Of a stretch of DNA of 64,000 nucleotides, positions 1-12,750 are shown piece after piece; the stretch's first letter is position 1, and every line of letters begins with the position of its first letter. A program made the translations under genes and the position numbers. The stretch comes from Camelus ferus. Taxonomy: Eukaryota. The notes under the pieces were generated by a model. That model worked only from the letters and a program-made list of their open reading frames with translations. It did not search any database and was not told the origin of the DNA. Location of the stretch: assembly GCF_009834535.1 (NCBI RefSeq), contig NC_045696.1, positions 14,510,001-14,574,000 on the forward strand, written 5' to 3'.

Positions 1-494
1 CAATATCACAATGTTTGAAAATAAATTGAGTGTTTTTTTTTCAAACATAAAAAGTCATTGGATATTTATTATTTTATGAACTCACAAAAAAAGGAGAAGA
101 AAACTATAAAGTGGTTTCTCCAGAAATAATTATCAAGTGAATACAGCTGTAATCTTGATAACCTCACAGATTATTTCAAATGTAATTACCTGGAGGAAAA
201 GAACGCTATGTTCTGAAAGCCGGAAGCATGTTGGAAAACTCAGGAAAATATTAAGACCCCAAGGCATGAAACTATGCTTTTTACCCAATATAAAAAGGGT
301 AGAATCTTCGAAATACTTTAAAAAATACATTTCTTGTTACTAATAGCTGTACTGAATTCAGTATGAGAATAAAATGTATTATGTGTCATTGGTTTCAAAC
401 AGTTATGAGCCAATTTGCCCTCTGGTCTTAAAGAAATTAAACAAGATTCAATTTGAATTTGATTGGAACTAGTGGTAAAAATTCAAGGTGATCA

Positions 495-860
495 TATCAG
501 TCAGGACATTTGGGTTTAGTAGCAGAACCCTACTTAATGTGTCTTAGACAAAACCATTAGTTTTTTAAAAAGTTTTTTTTTTTTTTTTAAGAAAGGAAAT
601 ATATTAGGTCACATAATTGAGAAGTCCAGATTTTGGGCTGATTTTTGTCATGGAAGGGTTCAGGGCCTCATCCTCACCCCTATGTTCCCAAAGTAACTGC
701 ATCCAGGGAAAACAAGCACCGCCTTTAGGGCTTCCAGCAAAGAGGTTAAGGTGGTGAAATGCTGCTTTGTGATGTGTTTATCTACTCAGCCATGCCTCAA
801 TTATGAAATCATGGTGACCTAGGCAGGAAGGAGCAGGACCATCCAAACCAGGTGAACTGA
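495..860 (-). mobile_element. Old MaLR LTR (MLT1-type), degraded
   Basis: tcaggacatttggg...gcagaaccctac...aaggaaatatattaggtcacataattgagaagtccag resembles the reverse of late MLT1 (J/K/L-like) LTR ends. Confidence 0.5.
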
Positions 861-880
861 GGATGAAGGCACTGGTTTCT

Positions 881-881
<1 letters not shown>

Positions 882-912
<31 letters not shown>
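882..912 (+). repeat. A31 homopolymer
   Basis: 31 consecutive A. Confidence 0.95.
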
Positions 913-915
<3 letters not shown>

Positions 916-2181
916 GGTATTTCCAAATGATATGAGAAGGGATATTGAACAGACAATAACCTCAGAGATTTCACAGGGAGAAGTACTTCACCTTCTAATT
1001 CAATCAACAATTTCTGTTGCACCACTGGCATTACTCAGTATTCTGAGGCCGTGGACTTTATTAGTTGTTTTTCTAAAATAGAATAACAGTGAACGATTTA
1101 ATATTCCCCATTTGGTAAATTGCATTTTCCTTCAAAACATTCTAGTGTGTTTTAATTGAACAGCCCCAGGAAAAGTGGACTCTTCACTCTGCAGGGAACT
1201 CTTTCTTAGACTCTTTTTTGTTTTCCTTTAAGATTGCTTCATCATTCTCTTCCCTTTTCTCTCTCCATCAACCTATCATTAAGGCTGGGGTAGGGAGCCT
1301 CGCCCCGAGGGATCGCTCCCATGGGAGGTCTCCTGCCTCTGGAGGTGTGGGGCTGGGGCAGCCAGGCAGAGGTCTCGAAGAAGGAAATCATGGACAGGGT
1401 GACTCAGCTCTGCTGAGGCTTGAAGAGAAAGAAAGCTCTTTTGGGTTTCTTTTCTGAGCTAATCTCATTATCAGAGTGGTAAGATTCAAACACCAAGATC
1501 AGATAGATGGGGGCAGGCCCAGGTGAAGGAGCCCAGGGAATGATCTGGTCAACCTCTAAAATATGTGAAATCAGTTGCAGAAGCTCACGCTATGCACTGA
1601 GATAAAAAGCTGACTGCCTGGGCTTTTGGAAACAGCCCTGGTTAGTGATAACATCCATCCTCTGTGTTTCTCTTCTCCCATCACTCCTGTCATCAGAACA
1701 AGCCTGGCTGAGGATTCTGAGATCAGACTTGTCATTTTTGTGTCTCCTTTGATGACACAAAGATGAGTCATAGTGGTCACCTCTATGTGGCTTCCCAAAG
1801 ATAAGAAGATCTTCACGGAAAGAGCTAGAATATACAGGGAAGGCACTGAGATTTGGTTTCTGGGTCACTATGTCCCATGATTATTATTAATAGAACAGAT
1901 ATTCTTAAATTCTTTCTCCACTTGCAGCAGGGAGATACCTAATCATGGAAATGAAGTGTTTTTTAGGTCTTGAGGATTTTCATGCACTTTGCAGAAATTG
2001 TCATGGAAAATAATAATGAAAAACTGAAGCACAATTCAAAAGCCTAATAACTAGACAAGCTATCAGAATTATTGCTGTTATAACAGGTTAAGGGACGATG
2101 TGTTTTAAAAGCTTGGTATTATTTGAAAACAAATAATCAAGACCATGTACTTAAACCACAGTATTGTTATTTAAAAATAAA

Positions 2182-2235
2182 AGGAAGAGAGGAAGGAAGA
2201 AAGGAAAGAAGGAAGGAAGGAAGAAAAGAAAAAAC
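2182..2235 (+). repeat. (GGAA)n-like purine-rich simple repeat
   Basis: ggaaggaagaaaggaaagaaggaaggaaggaag. Confidence 0.8.
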
Positions 2236-2821
2236 AATTATAAAGAGCTTTTTTTAAGTACAGAAAAGTCAGAATATATATTAACTATTCAATTTGCTTT
2301 GTGGCTTCTTGAACAACTTGAAAAGGAACATTTTTCATAGTGAGAAAGAAACTGAGGTAATTAAGAATTAAAATCTAAGGAATGTTTTCAGATATTTGTG
2401 GCAGATTTTAAAAGAATTTTGTTTGTATAATAGTAAGTAATTTAATTATCTCTGCTTATATTACATTCCATTTAAATAAACTAGGCAAGCAACATCTTCG
2501 TTACTGGTACTTAACATATGCATCCTGTTTATGTTTTCACTGGTACTACTTTCTTCGAGTTAAGCGGTATTCCTGGAATTCACACTTTATTTATGATTGA
2601 ATCAGGAAATAATGACTTTGCCTAAATAGGTATAGAATAACATTTGTTAGTCATTGAATCGTTTTCCTCTTTATTTCATGATAGTCTTGTTAGTAGAAAT
2701 AGATGAACACTTGAGCACTAATTACTCATTAGGGTCAGAGTTATTTTTCTAGTATCGTGTACAGCTTTTTGATCATGAAGCTAGTATTCCCACACTTTTT
2801 TTTTTTTTTGGTGTGACAGTT

Positions 2822-2962
2822 ATCATTCTAAATGTTTTAATGTATGAACATGTTTAATCCTCAAGGCAACCTAAGGAGGTAGGTAGTATTATCCACTTTT
2901 TACCAGGAAGATACTGAGCATGAAAAGGTTAAGTAATGGCTGAAGGTCATGCAGCTGAGTAA
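2822..2962 (-). mobile_element. MIR SINE
   Basis: tttaatcctcaaggcaacctaaggaggtaggtagtattatccac...actgagcatgaaaaggttaagtaa...aaggtcatgcagct matches the reverse MIR core. Confidence 0.8.
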
Positions 2963-3966
2963 AATTCCACCACTTTATTTAATATGTTTTATTTTTGAAA
3001 GCTGTTTTGAACGGGTATTAAAAGGATGTTTGAGTCTGCTAAATGTCACTGCAATTTTTTACAGCAGTCTTTGTAATTAATGTGTGTTAAGCAATCATGT
3101 GATGTAAAATATACTAACATTGCTTTTGAAAGATTAACTTTCTAAAAATGAGAAAAATGAGGAACAAAAAATATTAAATATTTTCAAAATGTGTACATAA
3201 ATTGTTTTTTCAAGCTTAGAATTGTGATACCACCATTTAACTGAGAACCCATAATCATTCAGCAGACGTCTATGAGATAGCTCCCTTCTAGCTGATTTTT
3301 GGATAAAGCCTGTGTATCAAGCTATTGTGTATTTTTTTTTTTTGATAAGAGACAATTCCCCCTAATAGATGGAAAAATTAGGTTAAATTCTTTTCCTATT
3401 TTGTCTCTCACTGTCCCTTCTTATTTACATAGTATTTTTTCCTGTTATGAATGCTTCTTTTATGGTATAACTCAAGTAATAAAAAGCTCTTTGGTTGGTT
3501 ATTAAAATGCCCCCATCCCACTATAATTGTCAAGATTTAACTGCTGTGAAGATAGGCTTTCCCCCACTGTCCTTATTTGGACCTGCTATAGACAAGGATG
3601 CTAGCAGTCAGGGTCAGAAACCGAGTGAATGGCTTTGTTCTCTTTTCTTACCTTATGAGTCTACTGGTTTTCTCCATTCCTGATATCAGTGGTTTCTGTC
3701 CCCATATAGGGAGTGAGAAGAGGAGCTAGACGCATAATTTTGGGGACGTGAAAATGGTTGGAGGCTGATCCCTTTTTTTCTCTTGTGGCTCTTTCTTGTC
3801 TTCCACTCCTCACCCTCCAGGGGGGAGACACTCCTTCTCTGGCTCCTCATCTGCTTTTTTTTCTCAGCCTCTGAGCATCTAGCAGCATTTCTGGTTTGTC
3901 TTTATTTCAAGTCTATTTGCCCCTTCAGGCAGCTCTCTTGAGCACATGTGCATGTGTGTATTCAGA

Positions 3967-3980
3967 CACACACACACATA

Positions 3981-4012
<32 letters not shown>
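3967..4012 (+). repeat. (CA)n microsatellite, interrupted
   Basis: Visible CA run. Confidence 0.95.
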
Positions 4013-4014
<2 letters not shown>

Positions 4015-5034
4015 TCAGCATTGACAACTGGGGGTGGACTTCCCTAATCAGCCACTACTCACCTGGTTCATCCATCACCAGCTGTCCTGTCTGACTCTCA
4101 CCCTTTAGAGTTTTTACATAGAGGCTGACATCAGTTGACCCTGTCAACCAATCATAAGAAACACTTATCACGGTCCCTGAGTTGTCCTATTGAGATACTC
4201 TCTTTAATCTTGAGCTAAGGGAGGGTACATCCACTTCTTCCCTTTCTTCTCTCTGAAGTAATCATATTAAAAATATATCTTTTGATTTTCACCAGTCTTG
4301 GGGTTAAAAAATGGCCATGCCCATTCCTTCTTCTGCAGTGGGCAGAACTTGTCAGAGAAAAGTTCTCTCAAAATCTAACTCTCTCAAATAGAAATAGGGA
4401 GGGGCTGGAAATTGCCAACAAGTTTTGGCCAACAGCTTTATAAATTTTGCAGAGAGTCTAGAAAGTCCTTTGGAATGTGATATTGCGTCTTGGTGTTTCA
4501 GCAAAGTGTTTCACCGTCATGCTATTTGCCATGTATATAATATATATAATTTTGGTGGCCAAATATCCTACAGCCCTGGTCTGGCCAGGATTTGAATCGA
4601 GCCCTCACAACCAATCACACTGGTGCTGATATGGCTGAGCGCAATCCCCTCCTCCCCAGTTCACCTTTACATACTGGCCTCAAGTGACCCCCCTCTAGGG
4701 CACACACCTTAGCACCCGTTTCACTGAGAAATGCAGCAAATATAGCAATGGTATTAATTAGCTTTAAGGTAAGTTCATCTTACCTGGGTAAGTAGTTGAG
4801 AAACAGTGGATGAAAAAATCCAACCTTCAGCTCTCATAATACCTTCTGAAATGTAACCATGATGACTAGGTATATAGATACTAACAGGCAAAACTGAGTT
4901 TCCCTTTACAAAATATCATCACTGTGTGTATACCTATGTGTGTGCATGTATGCGTACATTTTTAAAAATGGGGAATGGAAGACACTTAGTCCAACACATG
5001 TAATGTTAGCCAGAATCATCAGACCCTTCTGAGC

Positions 5035-5056
5035 TAGAGCTAGGATCCTAGCTCTA
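5035..5056. repeat. Perfect 22-bp palindrome TAGAGCTAGGATCCTAGCTCTA
   Basis: TAGAGCTAGGA is the exact reverse complement of TCCTAGCTCTA, with no spacer. Confidence 0.95.
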
Positions 5057-5434
5057 ACTCCCTCGCTCCAAGGCAACAACGCCCATTAATTGCTAAGCAT
5101 TCCAGGTGAAGCTCTTTACAGCCGGTTAGAAGCGGCAGCTTGGCTCAGGTAATTCAGACTCTTCTGTTCTCCCTGACTGTTGCTCATTCTTTCTCGCCTC
5201 CACATTCCCTTGTAACTTGGTCTCTTTATCTTCCTCATATGGACATTCTCTCTGTAACACCAAAAACCCTAGGGAAGAGGTGGTTCCCATGAAGAAGTTC
5301 TAGGAAGGAACTATTAATCAGGGCTCTCTAATGAGTACCCAGGGTACTGGGCAGGTAGCATGCCTCTACGTGGACGGGAGATACTCCATAAAGTGTAGGG
5401 TAGGGGAGGAGTTTGCTAATGAAATTGAAGGCAC

Positions 5435-5854
5435 TATGGACGAATTTGCCTGGGTTGCACGACAGAGTACCCCAAACAGGGTAGTTTAAACAACAGAAAT
5501 TTACCGTCTCATGGTTTTAGAGGCCAGAAGTCTGAAATCAAGGTATCAGCAGATTGATTCCTTCTGAGAGTGATGATGGAATGAACTGTTCCAGGCTTCA
5601 TTCCTTGGCTTATAGGATAGTCATCTTCTCCCTGTGCCTCTTCACATTTTTAATCCTCCTTGTGTGTCTCTCTCAACGTTTCCCTTTTTACAAGGACACC
5701 AGTCATACTGGATTAGAGTCCACCCTAATAAGCCTCTTTTAACTTGATTATCTCTGTAAAGATCATAACTTCAAATAAGTTTACGTTCTGAGGTAACAGG
5801 GGTTAGGACTACAACACATCTTTGTGTGAGGGGGACACAATTCAACGCCTCACA
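5435..5854 (-). mobile_element. MaLR solo LTR, MLT1B/C-like
   Basis: aaacaacagaaatttaccgtctcatgg...ggccagaagtctgaaatcaaggt...aaggacaccagtcatactggattagagtccaccc...ggggttaggact...ggggacacaattcaac; near full length. Confidence 0.85.
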
Positions 5855-6530
5855 CACTGTTCCTTAAAAAATGGAGACGGGAACAGAATTAATCCTGAGA
5901 AGACAAACTTCAATGACTATATTCCACTATACACACATTTACTACATGGCAAATATGCAGGTGAAAGCAAGTAAGAAAGTTGTCATCATTCTTCTTTCTC
6001 TTTCTCAAAAATATAGACAAACTTAGATTTTCCTTATATTTGAATTTATTATATATATATATATATGAGCTTTTTATATTTTTATATATCCAGATTATTT
6101 TCAGTCATAAGAAATCCTACTATTTAATGATGTTCTGTGCACCTGTCTCCTGATAATTTTTGTTTCAACCTCAATTCAAATGGATAATTACTTCAATAAA
6201 ATTAATGGGCTTTACTTCACAGAAATCTCACCACACATACTGAATAGTCAAGTTGATATGAGATATTCTTTCCCGCTACCTTCTTAACTATAAAGCCCAG
6301 ATCTTCTTTTTCAATTATAACACATTGAGTTTTCCTTTACCATTAATAGCATGAGCAAAATAAATGACAAGTCATTCATCAAGTAAAACAAACAGCATCC
6401 TTATCTCTATTTTCCCTAAAAGAAAAGAAGATAGAAGGCAATTAAGAGAATTTAGAAACACACACACGTAAAGAGTTTAGAATTTATTTTCCACTAAAAT
6501 AAATTATTGTTTATTCTGAGATTCTGTTGA

Positions 6531-6656
6531 ATTTTTTCTCAGCTCTATTGAGGTATATAATTGACAAAATTGTAAGATATTTAAAGTGTACATTGTGGTG
6601 ATTTGCTATCTATATACATTGTAAAAGGATTCCACTATCTAGTTAATGAACACCTT
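6531..6656 (-). mobile_element. L1MA-type 3' end fragment
   Basis: ctattgaggtatataattgacaaaattgtaagatatttaaagtgtacattgtggtgatttg. Confidence 0.7.
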
Positions 6657-7341
6657 TTTTTGATGTTTGTTTGTTTTTGTTTTTGTTTTTTGAGTAAGAA
6701 ACTCTAACAATAATGGGTTGGCTTAAACTTTAGGATAAGCATATTATATAATTAAATATAATACAAAGTGATTGTTTTTAAATTTAATAGTTGTATGCCC
6801 ACAGAGTTCTGTTGTTGTTGTTGTTGGAAACTGTCTTCCCAAATAATACTCTTCAGAACAAAGTTTCTTCTGGAGCTGATACAAATTATTTGGTGCCTAA
6901 AGATATGTCCCCACAGCATCCTGTGATGGTCAGCTTACTTCCCAGATGTTCACATCATCCCTCATTACACAAAACAGCTCCTAGAAAAGAGCTGTGTCAG
7001 AGATTTGAACAGCAAATATCCAGGCTCTAGCATTTTTTATCAATAGACTAACACAGATTGGAATGGATACTCAAAACTTCTCTTTGTCATCCCATAATCA
7101 CATCATTATCCTGTCTGGGATTAGTCATTGCTAGCCTCAAGATGTATGATAGTCTAATTTAGCAGGCCTCTATTCTTTCATTTTCTGGAATCAGTTTTAT
7201 CGGTTTAACCTGGAAGCATATTACATTGTATGAAGTATAACAGAGGCATAGTCCATCTCCATGGGGAGAACAGAATTAAAGATAGGAGGGTGTCTGCCTC
7301 TGAAATATTTTATTCACTCACTAAAGGTATTAAAAACATAT

Positions 7342-7550
7342 GAGACTAGAATTCACAGACATCTGAGTACCAAACTCCAGCCATAATATTTTCTGGGGTA
7401 TCTCATTTTGGGATAGGACATCTAACGTTTTACAGGCCAGATTACCACTCTGTAAAATGGGAATTATAGTAACTATTCACATTGTGATGGAAAGAATTAT
7501 ACACAATGGCAGATAGATAACTGGCTCATAATAGATTCCTGATAGCTCAT
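7342..7550 (+). mobile_element. MIR SINE, degraded
   Basis: Core motif ctctgtaaaatgggaattatagtaacta. Confidence 0.6.
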
Positions 7551-9540
7551 TTTCTTCCTTTTCATTTGTATGAATAGAAAAAAGAAAAAAAATCATCCTA
7601 ATAGAAAAATCATCTATTAATATGAAAACTCATTAGAGGTGCTTGCATAGATTTCCACTCACTCTGTCATTCTGTAAATGATGTTTTGATTTTCAAGTAC
7701 AATCATAAAATCTTGCACCACTCATAGATATTGTGAAAGGATGGGAAATGGATAAAATGTAGAAGAGTTAACACTCAATTAAGTTCTCTGTTGAAAGAAC
7801 TTAAACTTGGAAGAAATATATTCAGTACATCATAAAATATAGTTTTGCTATGGTTCTATTTATATTAATTACTGATGAAGTGTATAGTCTTGGTCTGAGT
7901 GTCAGTGACATTCTCAATTTAGTATAGAAAAATCAACATAGATTATTGACAAATAATTTGATACATATCATGTATATGTTGTCTTTGAATTTACCATTTA
8001 GTATTTACAATTGAACAACTGTGACATTTATAATGGAAAAATTATAAAATGTGTCTATAGATCTTTATGATCTTAAACAAATTTTAGAAAATTTGAATTA
8101 AAACCACATGTTATTTTAAAGAAATGTTGTTTTAATACTTTCTAAAACATGGAATATCAGATGATAAATAGCCAATATTACTATATAATAATCATTGAGT
8201 CTACATTACTAAATATGTGATTATATTAAATGCATTGCTTTTATACAAATAGATAGTTCCCAGTGGCTTAATAATCTGAACTAGTTTAAAAGAATAAATA
8301 TTTATTTAAAAATATTTTTCCCCTATGCTACTGATCTTGGGGGAAAACTCTTGGAAAACACATTATTAGGAAATGTCTATACAAAAAGTTCCTCACAGTG
8401 AGAATTAAAACACACAGATTTATCTTGACAAATACAATATTCAAGGCATAAAGTGACTTAAAACATTTATTTTGTTATTTAGTATAGAAAGAAATAACTA
8501 GACTAACAGTCATCTTCTTTACTCAGAATAATGTCTACCTGATAACTAAAATTTACAGTCACATAATTTTCCTCTACTTAACATAATTGAAATTGCCAAT
8601 CTCTCATTCTCCTAAAAGTGGGAAAGAACCTGAAAACTGATAAGAACTTCTCAAGAGTCGAAATTAATTCTGTGCTTGTAAAGATGGAGGTATTCTGTAA
8701 AACATGTGCTAACACTCTTTCAGATTTATGTAATGTCTCTGAGACACTAGTGTAATTGATGAGTGAAAAGCAATGAGTAAAATACAGAATTGATTAGATC
8801 GCTAAGTCCATATCAACTATTATAATTCATAACTTAAACTTAGAAAGTAGAAAATTAGTGTGATTGAATTGTTAAAAATCCGTTTCTACATACAGACATG
8901 TTTTTAATAATAGATTCTCTAAATAGCTTACTCCCTCTGGTTTTTAGCTCAAAAAGTGATTAATAATTTGTATAAGTTGCTGTTTACAGCTCAACCCTTG
9001 TGAAGATTTCATGATAACTTACTATACTGGATCAAATTAATGGCTTGTATAACCAAGTGTTTTGTTTCTGAATGATATCAAGGGACATTTAATTAAGATG
9101 GGGAACAAAACTGGCCATGGCACCTATCTCTGAAGAATCTGGTTTATATATTTTTTTCATCCAAAGATGAGTTTGTTCTTTGGCTTACTTTTTCTTAAGC
9201 CAGTTTCATAATTGTGTCAAAATATTTTCCATAACCTTGTGATTTTTCTGTGAAAAACACCTGTGTGTGAACACCTTGCACGTGTGCACCTACCCAGAGA
9301 TGGATGTTCCTTTGTTTACATATTTTTGCCATCTTAAAAATTTAGCAACAGACTAGCATGGGTTTTCCATGACTATCTGATAGTAACTTATGTTTGCTTA
9401 AGTATGTTTTTCAATTATTACACTGAGATGGAGTATTTACTGAAGTTTTCATAAAAACATAAACAACCATAGCTTGTGCCTAACGGATAGCAAAGGCAGT
9501 CCCAAAGGTTAGAAATTATAGTATTCAAAAGTAAATTTGG

Positions 9541-9642
9541 TAACTAGTGACATTGAGCATTTTTTCATGTGCATAATGGCCATTTTTGTGTCTCCATTTT
9601 AGAAGTCCTTGTTTAGGTCTTCTGCCTATTTTTGGATTGGGT

Positions 9643-9680
<38 letters not shown>

Positions 9681-10738
9681 ATTAAGTTGTAGGAGCGGTC
9701 TGGAAATTTAACCTTTGTCAGTCACATCATTTGCAAATATTTTCTCCCCTTCTGTAAGTTGTCATTTTGTTTTACTTATGATTTCCTTTGTTGTGTAAAA
9801 GCTTATAAGTTTAATTAGGTCCCATTTGGTTAATTTTTGCTTTTATTTCTATTGCTTAGGTAGACTCCCCTAGGAGAACATTGTTAAGATTAATTATCAG
9901 AGAAAGGCAAATCAAAACTACAATGAGGTATCACCTCACACTAGTCAGAATGGCCATTATTCAAAAGTCCAAGAATGATAAAAGCTGGAGAGGAAGCGGA
10001 GAAAACAGAACCCTCTTACGCAGCTGGTGGGAATGTAGTTTGGTGCAGTCATTATGGAAAACAGTACGAGATTCCTCAAAAAACTAAAAATAGACTTAAC
10101 CATATGATCCAGCAATCCTACTCCTGGGCATATATCCAGAAGGAACTGTAATTCAAAAAGATACATGCACTCCAATTTTCAGAGCAGCACAGTAGCCAAG
10201 ACATGGAAACAGCCTAAATGTCCATCAACAGCTGACTGGATAAAGAAGTTGTGGTATATTTATACAATGGAATACTACTCAGCCATTAAAAAGAATAAAA
10301 CAATGCCGTTTGCAGCAACATGGATGGATCTGGAGAATGTCATTCTAAGTGAAGTAAGCCAGAAACAGAAAGACAAATACCATATGATATCATTCATATG
10401 TGGAATCTAAAAAAAGAAAAAGGAAGACACTAATGAACTCATCTACAAAACAGAAACAGACCCACAGACATAGTAAATAATCTTATGGTTACTAGGGGAA
10501 GGGGGTAAGAAGGGTTAAATTTGGGAGTTTGAGATTTGCAAATATTAACTACTATAAATATAAAAATAGGTAAAATTCAAATTTCTTCTGTATAGCACAG
10601 GGAAACTATATTCAATATCTTGTAATAACCTTTAATGAAAAAGAATATGAAAATGAATATATGTATGTATATGCATGACTGGAACACTGTGCTGTACAGT
10701 AGAAATTGGCACATTGTACTGACTATACTTCAATAAAA
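9541..10738 (+). mobile_element. 5'-truncated LINE-1 with 5' inversion (9541-9891 antisense; 9891-10738 sense ORF2 C-terminus plus 3' UTR)
   Basis: ORF2 C-terminal peptides IIRERQIKTTMRYHLTLVRMAII and AKTWKQPKCPSTADWIKKLWYIYTMEYYSAIKKN; 3' end acattgtactgactatacttcaataaaa; degenerate TSD aaaagtaaatttgg (9527-9540) / aaaagtgtgaatttgg (10735-10750). Confidence 0.92.
9644..9680 (+). repeat. (GTT)n microsatellite inside the inverted L1 segment
   Basis: About 12 GTT units. Confidence 0.95.
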
Positions 10739-11249
10739 GTGTGAATTTGGGAAAATCAACTACTAAGTGGGTGATTAAGGAATCTTGATTTATGTGCTTC
10801 ATTATTACTCAAGAAGCAGTAAAGGGAAAAGTCTGATGTTAAAATGAACCAATCTGAATGCATCGTCATGAAATACTGAAAACTGAGAGTCAGGGAGAGA
10901 AATCAATAGTGCCCACCAAATCTTTAGAGAGGTTTAGAGAAACTCCAACTTTTTGCTTCCTTTTTCTTTTGCTTCTATAGCAGAAGAGTTCTGCTAAAGA
11001 GAATAAATATATATTAGAGTTCCACTGTTTGATCTTGTTATGAGTTGTAACCATGTGAGTCGTAAAACTCTCTCATGAATTCTGTGTTCCCCGTCTTTTG
11101 ATTAGCATGTAGATTACAGTAGTTCTTTTCTTGTAAGAGAATGTCTTAGGTGGGCATAAGTAACCGAAGCCAACCCCTTGCAATTTTACTCCTTGTAAAT
11201 CAATACATTTGCATTGACTTCTATAAGGTAGTCTCCCATGAATGTTTTT

Positions 11250-11630
11250 GCTGCATCAACTTACTGCTTACAAGTGACAGAATTAACTCTGGTTTACTTC
11301 TGAAGTAAAATTATTTCTTAGAAGCACATGGAGACATGCACAGAAATGATGTGAGGCCTGGGGAACCAGATCATAGAATGGTTACAGTTCAAGGAAATCT
11401 AGATGGGACACTTCTTTTAGACGCTTGCTGGTACCATAGGGCTCTCAGTGCTGCCAGCACTGCTGTTAGGAATACTTTCTTAACTCTGGACTCTATTTCT
11501 CATTCCAGAGTCAAAGTTCTAGACAGGAGCATCTAATTGGCCAAGCCTGTCAGATGGCAAGGAGATAAATGTCTAAAAAGGAGGAAGTCTGTTTGAATGC
11601 TGAGCAGGCCAAAAATGATAGTTGTCCATG
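11250..11630 (-). mobile_element. Old MaLR LTR (MLT1-type), degraded
   Basis: gcttacaagtgacagaattaactctgg at the start and gagcatctaattggccaagcc near the end are typical of late MLT1 in reverse. Confidence 0.45.
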
Positions 11631-12189
11631 AAAACAAGATAGGTCAACTGTAAAGTGATGGCAACCTTCAATTGTCTGCATTTGCATAAAAGACCAGAAA
11701 CCAAATACTTTTCTTATTTAAAAAAATTTATAAAATAAGCACCAAAGGACTCTTACTCATCTCATCTGTTACTTCTTTAAGGTTCAGTTGACTACAGAAA
11801 GGGTAATAAGGACAAAGATTTTCCTTGAGACAGTCCATTTTATTTGCTTGGGTCAAGGGTCAGGGTGGGAAGGGCAGATCCCTTTATGAGAAGAGTATTT
11901 TTTTTTTCACATTTTTTTTATTGAGTGATAGTCATTTTAAAATGTTGTGTCAAACTCTAGTGTAAAGCACAATTTTTCAGTTATACATGAACATACATAT
12001 ATTCATTGTCACATTTTTTTTTTGCTGTGAGCTACCACAAGATCTTGTATATATTTCCCTGTGCTATACAGTATAATCTTGTTTATCTATTCTGCATTTT
12101 AAAATCCCAGTCTGTCCCTTCCCACCCCCCACCCCCTTGGCAACCACAAGTTTGTATTCTATGTCTATGAGTCTGTTTCTGCTTTGTAC

Positions 12190-12232
12190 GTATGTATGTA
12201 TGTATGTATGTATGTATGTATGTATGTATGTA
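12190..12232 (+). repeat. (TATG)n microsatellite in the L1 3' UTR
   Basis: About 10 TATG units. Confidence 0.95.
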
Positions 12233-12239
12233 TTTATTT

Positions 12240-12609
12240 AAGATTCCTCAAATGAGCGATCTCATATGGTATTTTTCTTTCTCTTTCTGGCTTACTTCAC
12301 TTAGAATGACATTCTCTAGGGACATCCATGTTGCTGCAAATGGCATTATGTTGTTGGTTTTTATGGCTGAATAGTATTCCATCATATAAATATACCACAG
12401 CTTCTTTATTCAGTCATCTGCTGATGGACATTTAGGCTGTTTCCATGTCTTGGCTATTGTAAATAGTGCTGCTATGAACATTGGGGTGCAGGTGTCATTT
12501 TGAAGTAGGGTTCCTTCTGGATTTATGCCCAGGAGCGGGATTCCTAGGTCATATGGTAAGTCTATTCCTAGTCTTTTGAGGAATCTCCATACTGTTTTCC
12601 ACAGTGGCT
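12240..12609 (-). pseudogene. L1 ORF2 C-terminal remnant (~120 codons, in-frame stops, no start)
   Basis: Translates to PLWKTVWRFLKRLGIDLPYDLGIPLLGINPEG...CTPMFIAALFTIAKTWKQPKCPSADD*IKKLWYIY. Confidence 0.9.
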
Positions 12610-12750
12610 TTCCTTGCTTCCCTCTCCCACTCTTAATGATTTAGATGTCTTCTTTTACAATTTTGTGTTTATTCTTTTTGTAACTCATGGCAGTTATCTC
12701 CTTTCCAGTTATGAGTTTCTCATTTTTGTAGCATCCTGCTTCTTTTCTAT

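Noticed and set aside
863..1081. Poly-Lys ORF and A31 tract as a possible retrocopy tail
   Set aside because: The lysines come from the homopolymer; no poly(A) signal, TSD or upstream body is evident
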